A DNA stretch of 64,000 nt from Acidobacteriota bacterium (GTDB taxonomy: Bacteria > Acidobacteriota > UBA6911 > RPQK01 > JAJDTT01), in the NCBI GenBank assembly GCA_965217775.1, contig CBDCJH010000002.1:2688001-2752000 (forward strand), given 5' to 3'. The notes below the pieces were generated by a model. That model had not been told where the DNA came from. It saw nothing but the letters and a program-made list of their open reading frames with translations, and did no database searches. Positions 58,024 to 64,000 of the stretch are shown here, in pieces. The position numbers and the translations under genes were made by a program. How positions within the stretch are numbered: position 1 is the stretch's first letter; the number at the start of each line of letters is the position of its first letter.

Positions 58024-59871
58024 ATGAAATCCGGTATAAGACCAACATACGCCCTTTTCCTGCTCCCGCTCTTGCTGGCCGCGGCCTGCGTCCCGGCGCC
58101 CGATCCGTCCGACGACAACGACTGGCGCTACTACGGCAAGGACCCGGGCGGGACCAGGTACTCCGCTCTGGCTCAGATCAACCGGACCAACGTCCAGGAA
58201 CTGGAGGTGGCCTGGATCTACCGCATGGGCGAGGTGAAGCGCCCGCACCGGACCATCCCCGACCGGATGCAGGCTCCGTGGGAATGCACGCCTCTGGCAG
58301 TGGATGGAGTCCTCTACCTGTCCACGCCTTCCAACCGGGTCATCGCCCTGGAGGCGGAGACGGGCCGGGAGCTCTGGGAGTTCGACCCGCAGGAAGGCAG
58401 CGGCGACGACCGCTTCTACCTCCAGCATCGGGGCGTCTCGTTCTGGGAGGGAACCGTCGACGGGCAACTTCAGCGGCGGATCCTGATGGGGACGGGAGAC
58501 GCCAAGCTGTTCGCGCTGGATGCGGAGACGGGGCAGTTGATCCCCGGGTTCGGCGAGGACGGATGGGTGGATCTGGACGGGGGCATGACCACGCGCTGGC
58601 CCAAGAGCATCTATACGGTCACCTCTCCGGTGGCCGTCTACAAGAACGTGGTGGTCACGGGCTCGCGGCTCAGCTCCGGCCAGGAGAACCAAGGACCCAG
58701 CGGCAAGGTCCGGGCCTGGGACGTGCTCACGGGCGATCTGGTCTGGGAGTTCCACACCGTTCCCCGACCCGGAGAAGCGGGAAACGAGACCTGGGGGGGA
58801 GACTCCTGGAAGGACCGTTCCGGCGCCAACGCCTGGTCCATCATCAGCGTGGACACGGAGCGGGGCTGGGTCTTCGTCCCCACGGCCTCCCCCCTGGGAG
58901 GCGACCGTGACGGTCAGAACCTGTACGGAAACTCCCTGGTCGTGCTGGACGCCCACACCGGAAAACTCATCTGGTACTACCAGGCCGTCCGCCATGACAC
59001 GTGGGACTACGATCTCCCGGCCCAGCCGGTGCTGGTGACCCTGGAACAGGACGGTCACGTGGTCCCGGCGGTGGCTCAGCCCACCAAGATGGGGATGGTC
59101 TTCGTGCTGGATCGGCTGACCGGCAAGCCCCTGCTCCCGGTGGAGGAGCGCCCGGTGCCCCAGACCGGGGGCGGATACAACTGGCCCACCCAGCCCATTA
59201 CCGTCAAACCGCCGCCGCTGGTTCGGCACAACCTGACCCGGGAGGAGGTGAGCCGGGTCACGCCCGAGTCCTACGAATTCTGTCTGGAGCTCTTCGACTC
59301 GCTCCACTACGAGGGCATCTACACGCCTCGGCAGGAGGGGCCGACCCTCATGCTGCCCGGTTCCCTGGGGGGAGCCAACTGGTCCGGATCCTCCTTCGAT
59401 CCCACGACCGGGATCCTCTACGTGAACGTCACCGAGCTGGGGAACGCCCGCGGCGCGGGCCGCCGATTCTGGCAGGACAACAAATGGCCCTGTCAGGAGC
59501 CCCCGTGGGGGACGCTCAACGCAGTGGACCTGAACCGGGGCGAGATCGTCTGGAAGAGCACCCTCGGCGTGGTGGACGAGCTGATGGAGAAGGGCGTCCC
59601 GCAGACGGGGACCCCGAACCTGGGTGGATCGATCGTCACCGCCGGCGGGCTGGTCTTCATCGGAGGCACCAACGACCAGCGGTTCAGGGCATTCGACTCG
59701 GCCTCCGGCGAGGAGCTCTGGGTGGACCTGCTGGAGGCCAACGCGCACGCCACCCCCATGACCTTCTGGGAAGAGAAGAGCGGCAAGCAGTACGTGGTGA
59801 TCGCCGCGGGGGGAGGCAACGTGTTCAGTGACATCACATCCGACGGGCTGGTGGCCTACGCGTTGCCGTGA
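58024..59871 (+). CDS. PQQ-dependent dehydrogenase lipoprotein (paralog of 53875-55758)
   Basis: Lipobox AAAC; W.YYG.D.GGTRYS.L.QIN, ECTPL.VDG, W.YQ.V.HD.WDYD.PAQP, PPWG, GTPNLGG..VTAGGL.F. Confidence 0.9.
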   Translation: MKSGIRPTYALFLLPLLLAAACVPAPDPSDDNDWRYYGKDPGGTRYSALAQINRTNVQELEVAWIYRMGEVKRPHRTIPDRMQAPWECTPLAVDGVLYLSTPSNRVIALEAETGRELWEFDPQEGSGDDRFYLQHRGVSFWEGTVDGQLQRRILMGTGDAKLFALDAETGQLIPGFGEDGWVDLDGGMTTRWPKSIYTVTSPVAVYKNVVVTGSRLSSGQENQGPSGKVRAWDVLTGDLVWEFHTVPRPGEAGNETWGGDSWKDRSGANAWSIISVDTERGWVFVPTASPLGGDRDGQNLYGNSLVVLDAHTGKLIWYYQAVRHDTWDYDLPAQPVLVTLEQDGHVVPAVAQPTKMGMVFVLDRLTGKPLLPVEERPVPQTGGGYNWPTQPITVKPPPLVRHNLTREEVSRVTPESYEFCLELFDSLHYEGIYTPRQEGPTLMLPGSLGGANWSGSSFDPTTGILYVNVTELGNARGAGRRFWQDNKWPCQEPPWGTLNAVDLNRGEIVWKSTLGVVDELMEKGVPQTGTPNLGGSIVTAGGLVFIGGTNDQRFRAFDSASGEELWVDLLEANAHATPMTFWEEKSGKQYVVIAAGGGNVFSDITSDGLVAYALP

Positions 59872-59913
59872 CCGGTTGGGCCTGCCGTCCACACCCATTG
59901 CCCCATGCAAAGA

Positions 59914-59938
59914 GGGTACCCACAAGGGGTACCCCTAC
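59914..59938 (-). repeat. GTAG-type REP-like palindrome (second family)
   Basis: Minus strand reads GTAGGGGTACCCCTTGTGGGTACCC; single copy in the window. Confidence 0.5.
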
Positions 59939-59983
59939 GCACGGCTACGCACGGCGCGGAGAGTCTCGAAGTGCAGCCGTCGT

Positions 59984-60853
59984 TCACGCCACGCCGCTTT
60001 CGTCTATCGGCTCGGAGGCGACGTAGTTCCAGACGAGGGCCAGATTGAACAGGTAGATGATGGACCGAGAGAGACGTTCCGCATCTGAAAAATCATAGCG
60101 GCGGGCGTGCGCAAAACGGTTTCTGTGGTCGTTCATTGCGCGCAGCACGTAGGCCGCCCTCGGGACTGAACCCATCGGCAGCAGATCTTCATCCCGTAAT
60201 CTGGAGACGAGTTCCGGAAAGGAGTATCGCCCAGATCCTTCCACTCCCAGCATCTGTTGAAGATTCCTCTTGATTTCTTCATGAGTGCTCTCGACAAACT
60301 CACGGGGATACAGGATGGGCTCCATCTCCCTCATCCACACTTTGAAGGAGGGGTCTTTCGATACCTGATAGGCCAACTCCTTGACCATGTTTTCCAGGTT
60401 TTGAAGATTCGTTCGCTCGCTGAGATCGATTTCGCTGTCCGTTCGCGACTCAGAGGGTTGGTAAGCCCCCTCGACCAGCTTTTGGGTTTTCCGAGTCGAC
60501 TTCTCGACATTGTCCACCAGGCTCAGAATCGTTTTTACGCCTTCGTCGAGGTCTTCCAGACGCTTCCGGACCGTGATTTTCTCGCGGGGCGAATCAGCGG
60601 GAGCCGGCGGCGGGAGCCGTTTCGAAGCGGGTTCCCGGAGGTCAAATACGGCGGCATCGCGCTTGAACTCTTTCCTCAACTCGCGATAACTCGGAATCGT
60701 CTTTGGATACACCCAGCGCGTTCGGCCGGGATCCCATCGACGGCCGGGGATTTTCTTGGCTCGCTCTTTCTGACCGGGAGCGATCTTTACTTCGTAGTCC
60801 TCTTCGGTCTCCGTGACTTCGATGGGAAAGAAGCTGCCTCTGGAAAACTGCAT
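59984..60853 (-). CDS. Hypothetical protein: HARP/DUF5710-like N-domain, coiled coil, HEPN-like C-domain
   Basis: KERAKKIPGRRWDP...RWVYP; C-terminal MNDHRNRFAH (R-x4-H); lower GC. Confidence 0.55.
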   Translation of the reverse strand: MQFSRGSFFPIEVTETEEDYEVKIAPGQKERAKKIPGRRWDPGRTRWVYPKTIPSYRELRKEFKRDAAVFDLREPASKRLPPPAPADSPREKITVRKRLEDLDEGVKTILSLVDNVEKSTRKTQKLVEGAYQPSESRTDSEIDLSERTNLQNLENMVKELAYQVSKDPSFKVWMREMEPILYPREFVESTHEEIKRNLQQMLGVEGSGRYSFPELVSRLRDEDLLPMGSVPRAAYVLRAMNDHRNRFAHARRYDFSDAERLSRSIIYLFNLALVWNYVASEPIDESGVA

Positions 60854-60904
60854 TGTCAGTCAGATGGCCACGACGCCGTTCCCGTACCTCGGCGGCCAAC
60901 CGGT

Positions 60905-61732
60905 TCAGTAGACCTTGGGAACAAACCTCTGGATCCCCATGGGGGGCCGGACGTACCCGCCGTCCTCCTGGCGGGGCGGGAGTTCCAGCTCGGGTGGATC
61001 TTTCTGATTGTATTTGAACCGGCTCAGCAGGTGGGAGATGCAGTTGAGGCGGGCCCGGCGCTTGTCGTCGGCGTTGACCACGTACCAGGGCACTTCGGGT
61101 GCGTCCGTCTTGTCGAACATGGCGTCCTTGGCCTTGGAGTACTCGACCCAGCGCAGCCGCGACTCCAGATCCATGGGACTCAGCTTCCAGCGCTTGCGCG
61201 GATCCTTGATCCGGGCCTGGAAGCGGCGTTCCTGTTCCTCGTCGCTCACCGAGAACCAGTACTTGATGAGATGGATGTGGGAACGGAGCAGCATCCGCTC
61301 GAACCGGGGGCAGGAGTAGAGGAATTCCCAGTACTCCTCTTCGGTGCAGAATCCCATGACCCGCTCGACTCCGGCCCGGTTGTACCAGCTCCGGTCGAAG
61401 AGCACGATCTCTCCGGCGGCCGGGAGATGCGCCACGTAGCGCTGAAAATACCACTGGGTCCGCTCGCGCTCGGTCGGCTTGGCCAGGGCGGCCACGCGGA
61501 CCTGGCGCGGGTTCAGCGTCTGGATGATCCGCTTGATGACGCCCCCCTTGCCGGCCGCGTCCCGGCCCTCGAAGAGGACCACGACCTTGAGACCCTCCCG
61601 CGCCACCCAGTCCTGGAGCTTGGTCAACTCCACCTGCAGCCGCCGGAGCTCCGCTTCGTAGTATTTCCGCTTCAGCCGCCGGGGACCCTTCTTCAATCCG
61701 CCGCTGGAGGTCGACTCCGACTGGACGTCCAT
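60905..61732 (-). CDS. ppk2: Polyphosphate kinase 2
   Basis: FEGRDAAGKGG, PTERE..QWYFQRY..HLP..GEIVLFDRSWYNRAGVERVMGFC, WKLSPMD, PWYVV..DDK.RARLN. Confidence 0.96.
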   Translation of the reverse strand: MDVQSESTSSGGLKKGPRRLKRKYYEAELRRLQVELTKLQDWVAREGLKVVVLFEGRDAAGKGGVIKRIIQTLNPRQVRVAALAKPTERERTQWYFQRYVAHLPAAGEIVLFDRSWYNRAGVERVMGFCTEEEYWEFLYSCPRFERMLLRSHIHLIKYWFSVSDEEQERRFQARIKDPRKRWKLSPMDLESRLRWVEYSKAKDAMFDKTDAPEVPWYVVNADDKRRARLNCISHLLSRFKYNQKDPPELELPPRQEDGGYVRPPMGIQRFVPKVY

Positions 61733-61760
61733 CCTTTCCTCTTCCAAGAAAAATACCAGT

Positions 61761-63548
61761 TCAGCTCCTCCGTTTGAATACGGGAAGCCAACCCAGAATC
61801 AGAGTCGACAGCAGCGTGACGAAGAAGGAGACCGGCAGCGGCCACATCCAGGAAACGGCCTTCAGCCGAACCAGCAGACGGCGCGACCCCAGCGTCACCA
61901 CGTCATCGGGGGCGATGACGGCGGGTGAACCGGGACGGTCGTTGACGCGGACCTCCGTATCCTCGGTCAGAGTACGAATCGACCAGCCCTCGGGCGTTTT
62001 CTCCACGCCGGCATGCCGCGGGGCCACCCCTTCTCCGGTCAGGATGAAGTGATTGTCCTCGGGACTGGATCCGATGGTGTTGGGCGTCTCGGGTAGAGGC
62101 TCCCACCGCGTCGGCTCCTGTCCCTGCTCCAGGACGTAGAGGAAGATGTCCGGGTGGTCCTGGAACCAGTGTCCCAGTGACAAATAGAACCCGGTCGACA
62201 GGCCCAGGAAGGCCGCCAGCACCATGGCGGCGCCGCTGGCCCGGAATTTGAGGAAGGCGGCCACGAACATGCCTCCCAGGGTTCCGATGACATAGGCGAT
62301 GATCCGGGTCGTCAGGTCGAAGATATTGCCCCGGGAGCCTTCGGGAATCGTGTTGAGGAAGAGGCAGAAGAGGACAGCGTAGATGCCGGCCCCCAAGGTG
62401 AACAGCCGGGCCAACCTGAGTTGGCTGGTCTGGGAGAGCGGGTCTTTTCGGAAACGCCCCACGAAGTCGACGGTCAGGACGGTGGCGACTCCGTGCATGC
62501 TGGAATCCAGCGCGGCCATGGCGGTGGAGAAGAGGGCCGCCACCACCAGGCCGGCCAGGCCTCGCGGCAGGATGTGGGCGATGAAGTGGGGGAAGACCTC
62601 GTCGGGCGTCCCCGGTAGCTGGGCCTTGTAGTAGGAGTAGAGGGCGATTCCGCCCAGGCCCAGGAGGATGCCCACGCTCACGTCGGCGGCCTGGTTGGCC
62701 AATATGGAACGGCGGGCCGCGCGGAGCGATCCCGTGGCCAGGTAACGCTGCACCATGAGCTGATCCGAGCCGCAGGTGGAGACCCACCAGACGAAGGCGT
62801 AGATGGCCATCCCCAGCACGCTGACCCGGACGTAGGGGTCGAGGCGGAAGAAGGGCTGGGGCTCGTGGTCCGCCGCCAGAATGTCCTGAAGCCAGGTGAT
62901 GGGCCCGGTCCCGGTGTCGTAGAAGACGTAGCCGATGGTGAAGAGGAGGCCGCCGAAGAGGATGATGAACTGCACCAGGTCGGTCCACATGACGGCCCGC
63001 ATGCCGCCGAGGACCGTGTAGACGACGGCGATGACGCCGACGCCCAACACCACCCAGGTGAAGGGCAGGTCGGCCATCTTGGACATGGCGATGGCGGCGG
63101 TGTAGACGATCATCCCCATCATGGAGAGCCGGATCAGCAGGAACAGGGTCGACCCGAACATCCGCGCGCCGAGGCCGTATTTCTCCTCCAGGTACTCGTA
63201 GGCGCTGGTCAGCCGCTTGCGCATGAAGAAGGGGACGAGGATCAGGACGGCCACCGCCACGCTGAAGGGGACGTGCATCTGCCGGCCCCAGACCCCGATG
63301 CCGTTCTTGATGAACTCGCCGGGTTCCGAGAGATAGGCGATGGTGGAGAGCAGCGAGGCATACATGCTCAGCCCCACCACGAACCAGGGCATCTTGCGGC
63401 CGGCCAGGAAGTATTCGTCGGCCGATTTCTGCCGCTTGCTGAAGTAGTAGCCCAGGAGCAGGACGCACGCGAAGTAGACGGCGACCACCACGTAGTCGAC
63501 GGCTTGCAAACCGTCGTAGCGGTCGACGCGCACCGGGGTTGTGGCCAA
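61761..63548 (-). CDS. Sodium:solute symporter with an FHA-like domain before the last TM helix
   Basis: DEYFLAGRKMPW, SAYEYLE, YT.LGGMRAV.WTD..Q, SDQ..VQRYL; insert TIGSSPEDNHFIL...VAPRHA.V...W.I.......RVND...IAPDDVVTLG. Confidence 0.85.
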   Translation of the reverse strand: MATTPVRVDRYDGLQAVDYVVVAVYFACVLLLGYYFSKRQKSADEYFLAGRKMPWFVVGLSMYASLLSTIAYLSEPGEFIKNGIGVWGRQMHVPFSVAVAVLILVPFFMRKRLTSAYEYLEEKYGLGARMFGSTLFLLIRLSMMGMIVYTAAIAMSKMADLPFTWVVLGVGVIAVVYTVLGGMRAVMWTDLVQFIILFGGLLFTIGYVFYDTGTGPITWLQDILAADHEPQPFFRLDPYVRVSVLGMAIYAFVWWVSTCGSDQLMVQRYLATGSLRAARRSILANQAADVSVGILLGLGGIALYSYYKAQLPGTPDEVFPHFIAHILPRGLAGLVVAALFSTAMAALDSSMHGVATVLTVDFVGRFRKDPLSQTSQLRLARLFTLGAGIYAVLFCLFLNTIPEGSRGNIFDLTTRIIAYVIGTLGGMFVAAFLKFRASGAAMVLAAFLGLSTGFYLSLGHWFQDHPDIFLYVLEQGQEPTRWEPLPETPNTIGSSPEDNHFILTGEGVAPRHAGVEKTPEGWSIRTLTEDTEVRVNDRPGSPAVIAPDDVVTLGSRRLLVRLKAVSWMWPLPVSFFVTLLSTLILGWLPVFKRRS

Positions 63549-63681
63549 AGTCAGGAGGGGTTGAATCGGACTCTCCTCGTAGCGGAAACCGGCCGAGGCG
63601 GACTGTGCAACGGACTACCGGTTGCCGCTCGGATGCCTCGACTCGGCGCAGAGCGTACGTCGGCGCCACCCCATTGGCAAG

Positions 63682-63735
63682 GTAGGAGGGAGGACATTCC
63701 TGTCCCCCGGAGGGGCGATTTCCAATCCCGACCGT
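63682..63735. repeat. Degenerate REP-like copies
   Basis: GGAGGACATTCCTGTCCCC and GGAGGGGCGATTTCCAATCCC resemble the GGAG family. Confidence 0.45.
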
Positions 63736-64000
63736 CCCTCAGTCAACAACCATCAAACATTAACGGTTTCAGTCATTTTCCGGGTTCTTCGCCGAATCGG
63801 AAAAGTGTATGTCGATCCGGGGCATGCGACTGCCAAGGGCCTGCGCTCCTGGGCAGCGGCGCACCGGTGGCACAAGATCGCTCCGTCAAGGTCGCGATCG
63901 ACGGTTACCGCGCCTTGCAGGCGAAAGGTCATTTGTGACTCGATTCGGAAGGCGTAAAGGGGGGCTCGTGCCGATCCAGGAATGTGAAAAGGACAAGCCG

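Noticed and set aside
63549-64000. Possible riboswitch or ncRNA upstream of the symporter
   Set aside because: Some hairpins are present but no recognisable conserved motif; an Rfam search would be needed.

Overview
GC-rich bacterial chromosomal window. The gene content (DUF1501 with DUF1549/1553, PQQ dehydrogenases, BNR/sialidase-like proteins, Gfo/Idh/MocA, SSS and MFS transporters) resembles Acidobacteriota or Planctomycetota-type heterotrophs; this is inference only. Most of it is catabolic/transport genes plus pckA, nagB and ppk2. Intergenic regions carry a dispersed GGAG-footed palindromic repeat family (REP/REPIN-like, consensus about GGAGCGGCGRCT-TTCTT-GYCGCCGA). The main observation is that two unrelated RNA-guided mobile elements have each split a copy of this repeat. 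(1) A group II intron (37575-39491, minus) whose EBS1/EBS2 pair with the repeat arm GGAGC-N-GCGRCT. (2) An IS110 element (56275-57829, minus) whose upstream non-coding RNA contains readable bridge-RNA target guides (GTCGCCGCT, GGAG) and donor guides (ATGGATAC, GACAAG). Also seen: a 97-bp synonymous-diverged duplication of a gene 3' end bounding a 2.3-kb islet, tandem CTAG-linked MITEs, a three-copy cassette array with variable 12-bp repeats, decayed TA and TIR defence remnants, an AibH1H2-like amidohydrolase pair with a Rieske ferredoxin, an SSS symporter with an inserted FHA-like domain, and a HEPN-like orphan. No rRNA, tRNA or CRISPR array was recognised.
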